Positions 33,701-42,660 of a DNA stretch of 64,000 nucleotides are shown here, in pieces. Origin of the DNA: Bryobacterales bacterium (GTDB lineage: Bacteria > Acidobacteriota > Terriglobia > Bryobacterales > Bryobacteraceae); contig CAWFVG010000003.1 in assembly GCA_963819185.1 (NCBI GenBank), positions 223,984-287,983 of the forward strand. The letters run 5' to 3'. The position numbers and the translations under genes were made by a program. The notes beneath the pieces are model-generated. The model searched no databases, was not told the origin of the DNA, and worked only from the letters and a program-made list of their open reading frames with translations. How positions within the stretch are numbered: position 1 is the stretch's first letter; the number at the start of each line of letters is the position of its first letter.

Positions 33701-33941
33701 CCGAATACATGTAGCTCATGTTGTCGACGCCGGTGATTTGTTCTTCGAGCGGAGTTGCGACGGATTGCTCCAATGTTTGCGCGTCCGCGCCGGGATAGTT
33801 GGCGTTCACCTGTATTTCCGGCGGGACGATATTGGGAAATTGCGCAACCGGCAAGGCGAGGGCGGAGACCAATCCGATAACCACCATCAGAATGGCGATC
33901 ACCATGGCGACGATCGGACGGTTGATGAAGAATCTCGACAC
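30783..33941 (-). CDS. RND efflux permease (AcrB/MexB-like, HAE1)
   Basis: 1052 aa. MSRFFINRPIVAMVIAILMV.., 12-TM layout with two large periplasmic loops, AKNAILIVEFA motif. Confidence 0.95.
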   Translation of the reverse strand: MSRFFINRPIVAMVIAILMVVIGLVSALALPVAQFPNIVPPEIQVNANYPGADAQTLEQSVATPLEEQITGVDNMSYMYSVNSSSGSTQITVDFDVSTDPNIDQVLTQLRTSLAQPQLPAQVTTAGLVVQKSLTAPMMLISLSSPNGSYDSTFLANYAYINLVDELTRVPGIAKIQVFGAGQYAMRVWVKPDQLAKLHVTVPQIIQALQTQNNVNPAGQVGGEPIPSGQQFTYTVRAQGRLITPEEFGEIILRANPDGSTLRLKDVARLELGAQTYNLAGRYNGKPSAILACYQLPGSNAVDAANRLRARIQELSKRFPTDLAYTVSLDTTAAVTASMRDIIYTLLEALALVVVVVYVFLQDWRATLIPLLAVPVSLIGVFIVFPVLGFSINTLSLFGLVLAIGLVVDDAIVVVEAVQRHIEEGLSPRDAAFKAMEEVSGPVVAIALILSAVFIPTIFIPGITGRLYQQFAVTIAISVIFSAFNALSLSPALSALLLKPKQARSRGPFGFFFRWFNRVFSRGTETYVGLCGFLIRKAALSFLALAAFTAAALYIGGKLPTSFLPEEDYGYVYVSLQLPNASSMERTSEVAKQVEKVIMNTPGVQGCTSVIGFSLLSRVQDTYNAFFFVTEKPWDERKKPEEQYVAIRNHITRELSKIRDGVAFSFAPPAIPGVGTSGGVTFMLEDRSGGDLQFLGQNVDKFVAAARKRPELTGVTSTFLPGVPQQFVDVDRAKVESEGVDIGQVYQTLQTFMGGYLVNYFNRFGRQWQVYVEAEGEYRTRAENMNQFYVSNGAGAMVPLSAVTSIKSITGPEFTMRYNEYHVAQINAAAAPGYSSGQATKALEETFAQTMPSEMGFDYSGMSFQEQKASQGVPPSAIFGLSLLFVFLILAALYESWSLPFSVLLGTPLAVFGAYLTLWLRAFENNVYAQIGLVMLIGLAAKNAILIVEFAKAEFEKGRTLDDAALTGARIRLRPILMTAFAFILGCVPLWIATGSGAVSRQVLGTAVIGGMMAASLIAIFFVPVTFDVIERLSLRFSKKPPQPAHEEVEQLR

Positions 33942-33945
33942 GGCC

Positions 33946-35199
33946 TTAGTGGTTTTCGGTTCCTGAGTCCGGTTTCGGATTCACCATGGCGCCCTCGCCG
34001 ACCTTGGAAGTTCCTTCCGAAACCACGCGATCGCCTGGCTGGAGGCCGCTGGAGATGATCCACATCTCACCGGAGCGTTCGCCGGTCTGGACTTCCCGGA
34101 TGGCGACTTTGTTGTCCGGGCCGACCATGGCGACCTGGCGGCGCCCTTGCAGCTCACTAACAGCGCGCTGAGGCACCAATAGCGCGCCCTTGCGAATACC
34201 GGTCAACGCGCGAATGCGTCCGAATTGCCCGGGCCGGAGGAGATTGCCGGGATTCTCAAAAGCGCCCATAATCCTGATGGTTCCTGTTTGCGGATCCACT
34301 TGACGGTCCGCAAAAATGATGTGGCCTGCATGCGCATAAACGTTTCCGTTGGATAAGGTCATTTGCAAGGGAATTTCATTGGCCTGGTTCAACTTGGCTT
34401 CGTTCAACAGATCCGACGATGTTCCTGAACGGATTTTGCCGGCAAGATCCAGGTACTCCTGCTCGCTGATGGAGAAACTCGCCTTGATGGGATCCAGAGA
34501 GGAGACCGTGGTAAGGACCGTTGTGGGGCCAACCAGATTGCCGATTTGGATGGTGGCGATACCGGCGATGCCATCGATCAGCGAGCGCACCTTAGTGAAG
34601 CCGAGATTCAACTGGGCCTGCTCCACCGCGGCTTGCGCGGCCTGGATGGACGCCTTGCTGGCTTCGATCGCGCCCTGATCGGTTCGGATGAGCGCGTCAT
34701 TCTGAGACTGAGTTTGGATGTCATTATCCAGTTGGCTCTGGGCAATCGCGTGGACCTGCGCGAGCGGCGTATCGCGCTTGACGTTGATCTGCGCCAGAAG
34801 GAGCTGCGCCTGCGCCTGCGCCAATTGGCCTTCGGCCTGCGAAAGCTGCCCCTGCGCTTGGGCCAATTGTCCTTTGGCCTGATCCAGCGCGGCTTGGAAG
34901 GGACGCGGATCGATATCGAACAGGACATCGTCCTTGTGGACCAGAGATCCCTCTTTGTACTCCTGCTTGATCAGATAGCCGCTGACCTGCGGTTGAATAT
35001 TGGCGTTGGTGTAGCCATCCAAGGTCGCCACCCAATCGCCATAAACGGGTACGTCTTTCTGGATAACCGTGCTGACGCCGACCTCCGGTGGAGGCTGCGA
35101 GCCCTGCGCATTGGCGGTCGCGGGCGATTTTCCACAACCGGCCAGCCACAGATTTATACCCAGCGCGGCGGTAACGCCGCATCTCACGAGGCCGGTCAC
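33946..35199 (-). CDS. RND efflux periplasmic adaptor (membrane fusion protein, HlyD family)
   Basis: Lipobox LWLAGCG, coiled-coil hairpin (QAQGQLSQAEGQLAQAQAQL) and beta-barrel domains. GTG 35199 overlaps the TetR stop (GTGA). An ATG at 35241 is the alternative start. Confidence 0.9.
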   Translation of the reverse strand: MTGLVRCGVTAALGINLWLAGCGKSPATANAQGSQPPPEVGVSTVIQKDVPVYGDWVATLDGYTNANIQPQVSGYLIKQEYKEGSLVHKDDVLFDIDPRPFQAALDQAKGQLAQAQGQLSQAEGQLAQAQAQLLLAQINVKRDTPLAQVHAIAQSQLDNDIQTQSQNDALIRTDQGAIEASKASIQAAQAAVEQAQLNLGFTKVRSLIDGIAGIATIQIGNLVGPTTVLTTVSSLDPIKASFSISEQEYLDLAGKIRSGTSSDLLNEAKLNQANEIPLQMTLSNGNVYAHAGHIIFADRQVDPQTGTIRIMGAFENPGNLLRPGQFGRIRALTGIRKGALLVPQRAVSELQGRRQVAMVGPDNKVAIREVQTGERSGEMWIISSGLQPGDRVVSEGTSKVGEGAMVNPKPDSGTENH

Positions 35200-35834
35200 T
35201 TGCGAATCCTCCCACGGGCGCCAGGCTTGAGGCGAGCGCAAAAATAAGAGAGAAGAACCATTTTGAATTCTTGAACCACGCGCTGCCGCTCCAGGCGCGG
35301 AAGCTCCGCATAGAGCTGATTCAGCGTCTTGATGATCTGCAGCGTCACCGTTCCCAGCAGAAGTGCTTTCTCCTTGGGCAAACGCGGATTCTGCGCCAAG
35401 AGAACATTGGCGAAGCGATGCCGCAGCATTCTGCGCATGGCGGAGGGCGCCCGGGTGCTGCGGGGAGCATCGAGCAGGGCCGGCAGCGCGGGATGGGTCT
35501 CGACAAACCGAACCGTCAATTCGATTAGATGACTGGCGAGTGCGTCGGGATTCAGATTCCTTGCCTGCGCCTCGAGTGGCGCATAGACGTCGCTAAAGCG
35601 CTTGGCGTATTCGGTTCGCAACGCTTGGGTGATACTGGCCTTGTTGGGAAAAAACTGGTAGAGCGAACCGATGGCGGCCCCGGCTCGCTCCGCGATGGAG
35701 CTCATGGTGGCGGCTTCATATCCGGTTTCCGCGATTACAATTTCGGCGGCGTCCAGCAGTTCCTCCACGCGACGCTCCCCGCGCTGCTGCTGGGGGATCT
35801 TTCGCTGCGGAGAGGAATGTGAGGCCATACTCAT
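35196..35834 (-). CDS. TetR/AcrR family transcriptional repressor
   Basis: 212 aa. N-terminal HTH RRVEELLDAAEIVIAETGYEAATMSSIAERAGAAIGSLYQFFPNK. Confidence 0.9.
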   Translation of the reverse strand: MSMASHSSPQRKIPQQQRGERRVEELLDAAEIVIAETGYEAATMSSIAERAGAAIGSLYQFFPNKASITQALRTEYAKRFSDVYAPLEAQARNLNPDALASHLIELTVRFVETHPALPALLDAPRSTRAPSAMRRMLRHRFANVLLAQNPRLPKEKALLLGTVTLQIIKTLNQLYAELPRLERQRVVQEFKMVLLSYFCARLKPGARGRIRK

Positions 35835-35850
35835 GTTTCATGATACATGA
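35831..35850. promoter_or_regulatory. Candidate TetR operator, palindrome TCATGT-N8-ACATGA
   Basis: Overlaps the TetR start codon. A second 14-bp palindrome TGAGCCGGGGCTCA lies at 35849-35862. Confidence 0.35.
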
Positions 35851-35993
35851 GCCGGGGCTCACTTTTCAGCGGCGCCGGGATGCACCCGGAGCGCGCGACG
35901 GCCCCGCTCGACGCGCCGCTGAACAGGCCTGCTGAACCGGAGACAGCGTGTAGGTCATGATAGAAGTTAGCGGGCCCTTCTCACAATAGCGCT

Positions 35994-37061
35994 ATGGACG
36001 TAATCCCCAATTTGGTTGGGCTGGAACTCGGCGAGATGGAAAGCCTGCTGGGCGCGGATCAACCCAAGTTCCGCGCGCAGCAGGTCTACGACGCGGTGTA
36101 CCGGCAGCGGGTCCCGGATTTAGACCGGATCACGAATCTGCCCAAGCCGCTGCGCGAGCGTTTGCGCATGGAGACCGCGCTGGGACTGCCGGAGATCGAG
36201 CGGGTTTACGATTCGGCGGACGGCACGCGCCGCTACTTGATGAAGCTGTCCGACGGCAAGACGATCGAGACGGTGTGGATGCCGGAGGCGGAGCGCGCGA
36301 CCGTGTGTATTTCCACGCAGGCCGGCTGTCCGGTGAACTGCGGCTTCTGCCTGACGGCGCTGCTGGGTCTGGAGCGGAATCTGACCGCGGGTGAAATCGC
36401 CGGTCAGGTGCTGCGCGTCGCGTCGGACCGCGGATTCACGCCGAAAGTGGACCGGTTGAACATCGTGATGATGGGCCAAGGCGAGCCGTTACTGAACCTG
36501 TCGAATGTGCTGAAAGCCGCGCGCCTGTTGACCGATCCCAAGGGGATTGCAATTTCGCCGCGCCGCATCACGGTTTCGACGTCGGGCATCATTCCGAAGA
36601 TTGAGGAACTGGGGCAGGCTCCGGATGAGTCGCGGCCGAGGCTCGCGATTTCCTTGAACGCCTCGACCGAGGAGCAGCGGCGGGAGCTGATGCCGATTAC
36701 GCGCAAGTATCACCTGAAGGACTTACTCGATGCCTGCCGCGCCTATCCGCTGCGTCCGTGGGAGAAGCTGAGTTTCGAGTATGTGCTGCTGGGCGGAGTG
36801 AACGATTCGGATGCGGACGCACGCCGCGTGGCAAGAATGCTCGCGAATCTTCCAGCCAAGGTGAACCTGATCGCGCTGAATCCGGGCCCCGGAATTCCCT
36901 ACAAAACGCCAGCACCGGAGCGGGTCACGGCGTTTCAGGCGATCGTCAAAAAGTCGCTGCCGTGCTTCGTGAGGAAGCCGCGAGGATTGGACGTTTACGC
37001 GGCGTGCGGCCAATTGAAACGCATGGAACTCGTTGAGCTGGGCCCGCAAAACGGCGCTTGA
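35994..37061 (+). CDS. rlmN: 23S rRNA/tRNA (adenine-C2)-methyltransferase RlmN (radical SAM)
   Basis: 355 aa. [28 protein letters not shown] (CxxxCxxC) and a C-terminal AACGQL. Confidence 0.93.
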   Translation: MDVIPNLVGLELGEMESLLGADQPKFRAQQVYDAVYRQRVPDLDRITNLPKPLRERLRMETALGLPEIERVYDSADGTRRYLMKLSDGKTIETVWMPEAERATVCISTQAGCPVNCGFCLTALLGLERNLTAGEIAGQVLRVASDRGFTPKVDRLNIVMMGQGEPLLNLSNVLKAARLLTDPKGIAISPRRITVSTSGIIPKIEELGQAPDESRPRLAISLNASTEEQRRELMPITRKYHLKDLLDACRAYPLRPWEKLSFEYVLLGGVNDSDADARRVARMLANLPAKVNLIALNPGPGIPYKTPAPERVTAFQAIVKKSLPCFVRKPRGLDVYAACGQLKRMELVELGPQNGA

Positions 37062-37076
37062 GCGCCTTTGTGGGCT

Positions 37077-38111
37077 TTACTCTTTCCAATCCGACGTGAA
37101 CACGTTGAACTCATACTTGCCACTGCCCTGGTAGCTGGAGACGAACACGAGCCGGCTTCCGTCCGGCGAGAATTCCGGGAACGACGTGAAGCCGCCGTAA
37201 TTGGTCACCTGCTGGAGGCCGGTGCCGTCGGTGTTGATCAGGTACAGCTCGAAGTCGCTGCTGTCGCAATGATGCTTGTTGGAGGCGAACAGGATCTGCT
37301 TGCCGTCCGGGGTAAAGGTCGGGGCGAAACTGGCGCAGCCGAAATTGGTGATCTGTTTGGCGCCGGAGCCGTCGGATTTGGCCACGAACAATTCCATCTT
37401 CATCGGAGCGGTCAGATTTTCCTTCAGCAAGGAGCGGTACAAGTCCAGCTTTTCCGGCGCGGTGGGGCGGTACGCGCGCCAAACCATTTTCGAGCCGTCG
37501 CGTGAGAACACGGCGCCGCCATCGTATCCCTCGGTTTTGGTCAACTGCTTCTTGTCCGAGCCATCTTCGTTCATGCTCCACACATCCAGATCCCCGGACG
37601 CCATGGAGGTGTAAATGATCCGGTGATTTTTCCAGTTGATGGTGGCCTCGGCGTCGTAGCCGGGCGTATCCGTGAGTTTTTTGACGATCTTGCCGTTATC
37701 TTCCGCCAGATAGATATCGAAGCCGGGATAAACCGCCCACAGGTAGCCTTTGCTGCGGTCCGGTTTGGCGGGACAGGTGGGGGAGGCTTCGTGTGTGGAG
37801 GCGTAGAGAATGTGTTTGTTGTCGGAGAGGAAGTAGCCGCAAGTGGTGACGCCCATTCCGGTGGAGACCAAATGCTGATCCGATCCGTCGGAGTTCATGA
37901 TGTACTGCTGATCGCAATCATGCCCGTCCCGTGTAGACTGAAAGATAAGCCGTTTGCCATCCGGAGCCCAGTACGCTTCCGCGTTTTCGCCCCCGTGCGT
38001 CAACTGCCGCAGATCCTCGAGCCTCGGAACCGGCGGCACCGGGGTGCAGCCTGCCAGAAGCAGGCACAGCGAAGCGGGCAGAAGTAACGCCGTGCGGGGA
38101 AGCTTCCTCAT
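37077..38111 (-). CDS. TolB-like PD40/WD40 beta-propeller lipoprotein
   Basis: 344 aa. Lipobox LLLAGCTP. Repeated W/F-SPDG-x-I/L-x-F motifs (APDGKRLIF, FSRDGSKMVW, FTPDGKQILF, FSPDGSRLVF). Confidence 0.85.
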   Translation of the reverse strand: MRKLPRTALLLPASLCLLLAGCTPVPPVPRLEDLRQLTHGGENAEAYWAPDGKRLIFQSTRDGHDCDQQYIMNSDGSDQHLVSTGMGVTTCGYFLSDNKHILYASTHEASPTCPAKPDRSKGYLWAVYPGFDIYLAEDNGKIVKKLTDTPGYDAEATINWKNHRIIYTSMASGDLDVWSMNEDGSDKKQLTKTEGYDGGAVFSRDGSKMVWRAYRPTAPEKLDLYRSLLKENLTAPMKMELFVAKSDGSGAKQITNFGCASFAPTFTPDGKQILFASNKHHCDSSDFELYLINTDGTGLQQVTNYGGFTSFPEFSPDGSRLVFVSSYQGSGKYEFNVFTSDWKE

Positions 38112-38146
38112 AGGCGACCATTGTAATTGAAATTGAGATTTGCATC

Positions 38147-39676
38147 ATGAAACTGGGCGTCGACTTCGGAACCACTAGAATCGTTGTCGCGGCGGCTGAC
38201 CGCGGCAATTATCCCCTGGTGCCGTTCGAGACCTTGGATTCTACGTTTGAGTGGTTTCCGCCGCTGGTGGCCTTGCGTGGCGAGGAGCGCCGGTACGGCT
38301 GGGAGGCCTGGCACATGCAGGCGGAATCCGATTGGACCGTGGTGCGCTCACTGAAGCGATATCTGGAGGACGCTGGACCGCAGACCCTGCTGGAAGCCGG
38401 CGGAGTAACGGTCGCGCTGGCCGATCTCATGCACGGATTGCTGGCTGAGATGCACAAGCAAATCCGCGAGCATGTCGGCGCCAGAGAACCGCTCGAAATC
38501 ATGCTGGGAGTGCCCGCCAACGCCAACAGCAATCAAAGATTCCTCACCGTGGATGCGTTCAAGCGCGCGGGATTTTCCGTGCTCGGCCTGTTGAATGAAC
38601 CGTCCGCGGCATCGATTGAATTCGGACATCGTCAGAAATTCGTTGGCCGGCTTCTGGTGTACGACCTGGGAGGAGGAACCTTCGATGCGTCTCTGGTAAA
38701 GCTGGATCAGAAGACCCACACGGTCCTGGCGACCGAGGGAATCTCGACTCTGGGCGGGGACGATTTCGATCGCGTCCTGGCTGAGATGGCCGTGGGTCCG
38801 GAGGAATTGCTTGCGCTCGATCCCAGCGCGAGCTTCCGTCTAGAAGAAGAATGCCGCCGCCAGAAGGAGGCCCTGCACCCGAATTCACGCCGGATGGTGG
38901 TGGATCTGGATTTGATCGAAGAGGGGCGCGGCCAAGTGACGATTTCCGTGTCGGACTATTATGACCGCTGCCGGCCGCTGATTGAAGAGACCATCGCGGC
39001 GACTTCGCGTTTGGCTGGCGATAACGAGATCGACGCGCTGTACGTTACCGGAGGTGGGAGCGAGCTGCCTCTGGTGGCCCGGATGCTGCGGGAGGAGTTT
39101 GGGCGCAAAGTGAAACGCAGCGAGTACACGCGTTCCGCCACGGCCATCGGGCTCGCCATTCAGGCCGGGGAAGCTTCCAGTTATACGCTGCGCGAAGTGT
39201 TCACGCGCAACTTTGGCGTGTGGCGCGAATCTGAATCCGGCCAGCGCATGATCTTCGATCCCATATTTCCGCGAGGAACCCGGCTGCCCTCGGCGGAGGA
39301 GGCTCCGTTGACGGTGTCCCGGCGCTATCAGCCCGTACACAACGTCGGCGACTTCCGCTACTTGGAAGCCGCGGCTGTCGACGAGGAAGGGCAGCCTTCC
39401 GGCGACATCACCGTGTGGGACGAGATTCTGTTCCCGTTCGATCCTTCGCTGGCGGATATGCGGATTCTGGCCGGGGTCACGGTGGAGAAGACGGAAGCGG
39501 CGGAGCGGCAGGAAATCGAAGAAGATTACACCTGCGATTCGACCGGCGTGGTGACCGTGACCATCCAGAACACCGTGTCGCACTACGGGCGCGAGTTCAA
39601 GCTGGGCCGTTGGAGCGGCAAGACCGCGGTGGTCCGGCCGTCGTCGAAGAAGCGCGCACGCAAAGCATCTAACTGA
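38147..39676 (+). CDS. Atypical Hsp70 family protein (actin-like ATPase domain, short non-canonical C-terminus)
   Basis: 509 aa. MKLGVDFGTTRIVVA, VYDLGGGTFDASLV and YVTGGGSELPLV are Hsp70 phosphate/adenosine motifs. No canonical SBD lid. Confidence 0.8.
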   Translation: MKLGVDFGTTRIVVAAADRGNYPLVPFETLDSTFEWFPPLVALRGEERRYGWEAWHMQAESDWTVVRSLKRYLEDAGPQTLLEAGGVTVALADLMHGLLAEMHKQIREHVGAREPLEIMLGVPANANSNQRFLTVDAFKRAGFSVLGLLNEPSAASIEFGHRQKFVGRLLVYDLGGGTFDASLVKLDQKTHTVLATEGISTLGGDDFDRVLAEMAVGPEELLALDPSASFRLEEECRRQKEALHPNSRRMVVDLDLIEEGRGQVTISVSDYYDRCRPLIEETIAATSRLAGDNEIDALYVTGGGSELPLVARMLREEFGRKVKRSEYTRSATAIGLAIQAGEASSYTLREVFTRNFGVWRESESGQRMIFDPIFPRGTRLPSAEEAPLTVSRRYQPVHNVGDFRYLEAAAVDEEGQPSGDITVWDEILFPFDPSLADMRILAGVTVEKTEAAERQEIEEDYTCDSTGVVTVTIQNTVSHYGREFKLGRWSGKTAVVRPSSKKRARKASN

Positions 39677-39694
39677 CCGGCATCAAGAGCCGCG

Positions 39695-41359
39695 ATGTTT
39701 TACCTGTTCCACATCTTCCGTTCGTTCCTGCCACTGCAGAATCCGATCGGATTCGGGGCCAGCGATTTCATCGAGTTTTTCGTCGCGGCGGCGTTGGTCT
39801 TGCTGGTCCTGGCGCGGGAGCACATGCTCCGGCTGGCGCGAGCGCTGGCGCAGAAGACAGTGTGGTCGATGCTGGCGCTCGGTGGATTGACGGTGGCTTT
39901 GCGGCTCGCGCTCTTGCCGCAAGCGGGGGCTCCGATCCCCAGCACCGCCGACGATAACAGTTACCTGCTGCTGGCCGATACTCTGTCGCACTTCCGTCTG
40001 GCCAATCCGCCGCACGCCTTCTCGCGCTTCTTCGAATCGGTTTTCGTGCTGCAACAGCCCAGTTACAGCTCCATCTTCCCGCTGGGGCAAGGCATCGCGC
40101 TGGCGCTGGGCCGGGCGATCTTCGGCCATCCATGGGCAGGAGTTCTTCTCACCGAAGCACTGCTGTGCGCGTTGTGCTACTGGATGCTGCGGGGTTGGGT
40201 TCCGGCGGGCTGGGCTTTGCTCGGCGGGGTGCTGGCGGTGCTTGAGCTCGGGCCGCTGACGTATTGGATGAACTCGTATTGGGGCGGAGCGGTCTCGGGA
40301 ATCGCGGGATGCCTGGTGTTCGGGGCGTTGCCGCGCTTGTGCAAACAGGGCCGGACGCGAGACGCGATCCTTCTGGGCGCGGGGCTGGGATTGGAGCTGC
40401 TGACAAGACCGTACGAATGCGTTTTTTTGGCCGCGATCGTGGCGGTTGCATTTGTATTGCCCCAATGGCGAAAGATGCTGCCCTCCGCTCCGATGGCGAT
40501 CGCGGCAACGCTTCCCGCGATTGCGCTCCTGCTGGCGCAAAACAAGGCCGTCACCGGAAGCTGGACCACTCTTCCCTATATTGCGAGCAGGGCGCAGTAC
40601 GGCATCCCCGCTTCCTTTACGTTCCAGCCCAATCCCCGGCCTGAGCACGAGCTGACTCCGGAACAGAAGCAGGACTTCCAGATTCAATCCGAAGCGCACG
40701 ACCGGGAAAGCGCGCAAAGCTTCTGGCGCCGCTTCCTGGATCGAACCGGCATGATCCGTTTTTACGTCTTCCCTGCCCTGTTGGTGGCCATCCCGGGATT
40801 GCTGCTTGCGTTCCGGCAGAGGCGCATGATCCTGCCGGCCGCGGCGGTAGTGTTGTTTCTTGCCGGATCGGCATTCTATCCGTACTTTTATCCGCATTAC
40901 ATCGCCGCACTATCGTGCGTGTTCTTGTTGCTGGTGGTGGCGTCGCTCGAAAGATTGCCGCGAATGGCGGGTGGCGCGGTGTGCTCCCTCGCCGTGATTC
41001 ATTTTTTGTTTTGGTACGGCATCCACGCAAGCGGCAACCGCGATTTTCTGGCGGAGTTGGGACAATTCGAGACGTTCGACTTCGTCAATCACGGCGATCC
41101 GGAGGGGCGCTTGCCGATCTTCAGGCAGTTGCAGCAGTCTCCCGGCGGCCAACTGGTGTTCGTCCACTACCTGCCGTACCGCCAGCTACGGGAGTGGCTT
41201 TTGAACGACGCGGATATCGACCATTCCAAGGTGGTCTGGGCCCTGGATCTGGGGCCGGAGGAGAACCGCGAGTTGGCGAACTACTATCCGGATCGCAAGG
41301 TTTGGCTGGCGGAGCCGGATATGCGCCCGCCCCGGCTGCGGCCCTACCCGGGATTTTGA
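39695..41359 (+). CDS. Large integral membrane protein, GT-C (ArnT/PMT-like) glycosyltransferase fold suspected
   Basis: 554 aa, about 10+ TM. First periplasmic loop has ADDNSYLLLADTL (DxD/ExD-like). C-terminal soluble domain. Confidence 0.45.
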   Translation: MFYLFHIFRSFLPLQNPIGFGASDFIEFFVAAALVLLVLAREHMLRLARALAQKTVWSMLALGGLTVALRLALLPQAGAPIPSTADDNSYLLLADTLSHFRLANPPHAFSRFFESVFVLQQPSYSSIFPLGQGIALALGRAIFGHPWAGVLLTEALLCALCYWMLRGWVPAGWALLGGVLAVLELGPLTYWMNSYWGGAVSGIAGCLVFGALPRLCKQGRTRDAILLGAGLGLELLTRPYECVFLAAIVAVAFVLPQWRKMLPSAPMAIAATLPAIALLLAQNKAVTGSWTTLPYIASRAQYGIPASFTFQPNPRPEHELTPEQKQDFQIQSEAHDRESAQSFWRRFLDRTGMIRFYVFPALLVAIPGLLLAFRQRRMILPAAAVVLFLAGSAFYPYFYPHYIAALSCVFLLLVVASLERLPRMAGGAVCSLAVIHFLFWYGIHASGNRDFLAELGQFETFDFVNHGDPEGRLPIFRQLQQSPGGQLVFVHYLPYRQLREWLLNDADIDHSKVVWALDLGPEENRELANYYPDRKVWLAEPDMRPPRLRPYPGF

Positions 41360-41856
41360 GCCGGACGCGCCCCGCTCAGGTGCGCGTAAAACCCGAGGTC
41401 CTGGTTGGTGAGCAGCTTGGTCGCGAAAATGATCTGAAACGTGTGGCCTGAGAAATGTTCCACCACGTGGAAGATCGCCTCCATCTTGGTCACGTGGTAG
41501 CCCTGCACGACGATCCGATCCAGCAGCCGCTCGGCCGGAAGATTGCGGATCACCCCGATCGCCTCCGTCACGATTCCGCGCAGCCGCGCGACCATCTCCC
41601 CGGGATCCGCGCCCTCCCGCGCGGCAAATTCCGCATCCCTCGCGCGAATGTCCGGCGCCCCGCCGACGCCCGACAAAATCCACTGGCGCACGTTGCCGGA
41701 CAGGTGCAGCAGCAGATTGCCGACGGCGTTTTGCCGATCGCCGCCGCGCGTCCATACCTGTTCCGGAGTCAGCTTGGCCACGCAGGCTTCGATGCGTCCG
41801 CACAGTTGTTCCAGGGTCGCAATCGTGAATCGGAGGAATTCGGATTCAGCGGTCAT
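41344..41856 (-). CDS. DinB/DUF1572 family protein
   Basis: 170 aa. NAVGNLLLHLSGNVRQW and FHVVEHFSGHTFQI are the His triad of DinB_2-like proteins. Confidence 0.8.
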   Translation of the reverse strand: MTAESEFLRFTIATLEQLCGRIEACVAKLTPEQVWTRGGDRQNAVGNLLLHLSGNVRQWILSGVGGAPDIRARDAEFAAREGADPGEMVARLRGIVTEAIGVIRNLPAERLLDRIVVQGYHVTKMEAIFHVVEHFSGHTFQIIFATKLLTNQDLGFYAHLSGARPAQNPG

Positions 41857-41859
41857 GTC

Positions 41860-42660
41860 TCATATTTGCATTTCCGGCAGCCGCCGCTCGATGCCTTCGC
41901 GCGCCGGTTCCAGCCATGGCGGCAGACACAATCGTTCCCCTAAGCGCTCGCGCGGCTCGTCAATCAGGAAGCCTGGACCCTCCGTGGCGATTTCCAGCAG
42001 CACGCCTCCGGGTTCGCGGAAATAGATGGAATGAAAATAGAGGCGGTCGCGGACGGCGCTGACCCGGACTCCGGCGCGAAGCAACTTGTCGCGCCACTCC
42101 CGTTGCTCCTGCTCATCCGCCACTCGAAACGCCACGTGATGAATAATTCCGGCGCCCATCTTGCCGCGCGGCCTTTCAGCTGACTGCTGGACATCGATCC
42201 AAGCGCCATCGGCGAGTTCCACGCGGTTAGACAAAGAAGGACGCAGGCCGAGCACGTCGCGCAGGAACGCGACGGTTGGTCCGGCGTCGGCTTCGCACAA
42301 CGTCACGGATTGAAGCCGCGGAGCAGCGGCGCGGACAAACTGGATGGCGATGTCATCGGGGTCCCGCAGAGACACTGGCGCGCCGGCCGCAAGGCCCATC
42401 GTAACGGCGGAGATCTGCCCGGAGCCGGGGACGCCGCGCCGTCCTTCGGGATGGGCCGGCGTGGCCCAAGGGAAGAAGGTCAGCAGCGTGCCCGGTTCAC
42501 CCGCAGCGGCGCCGAAATAGAGGTGGTAAGACCCGGGATCGTCGAAATTGACCGTGCGCTTGACGCAACGCAATCCGGGAAGACGGCCATAGAAATCGAG
42601 ATTCCGTTGTGCGCTGCCGGCCAGAGCCGTCACATGGTGCAGCGTCAAAGATGGGGTCAT
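41860..42660 (-). CDS. Ring-cleaving dioxygenase, VOC superfamily (MhqO/YfiE-like)
   Basis: 266 aa. LHHVTALAGSAQRNLDFY..VNFDDPGSYHLYFG and IHHVAFRV..HSIYFREPGGVLLEIAT. Confidence 0.85.
   Translation of the reverse strand: MTPSLTLHHVTALAGSAQRNLDFYGRLPGLRCVKRTVNFDDPGSYHLYFGAAAGEPGTLLTFFPWATPAHPEGRRGVPGSGQISAVTMGLAAGAPVSLRDPDDIAIQFVRAAAPRLQSVTLCEADAGPTVAFLRDVLGLRPSLSNRVELADGAWIDVQQSAERPRGKMGAGIIHHVAFRVADEQEQREWRDKLLRAGVRVSAVRDRLYFHSIYFREPGGVLLEIATEGPGFLIDEPRERLGERLCLPPWLEPAREGIERRLPEMQI

Noticed and set aside
39683-40897. Long antisense ORFs (for example 39683-40897 minus, 42609-44327 plus, 45249-46409 plus, 1474-2529 plus, 7839-8930 minus)
   Set aside because: These are Arg/Gly/Pro/His-rich low-complexity translations lying opposite well-supported genes. 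They are typical high-GC shadow ORFs.
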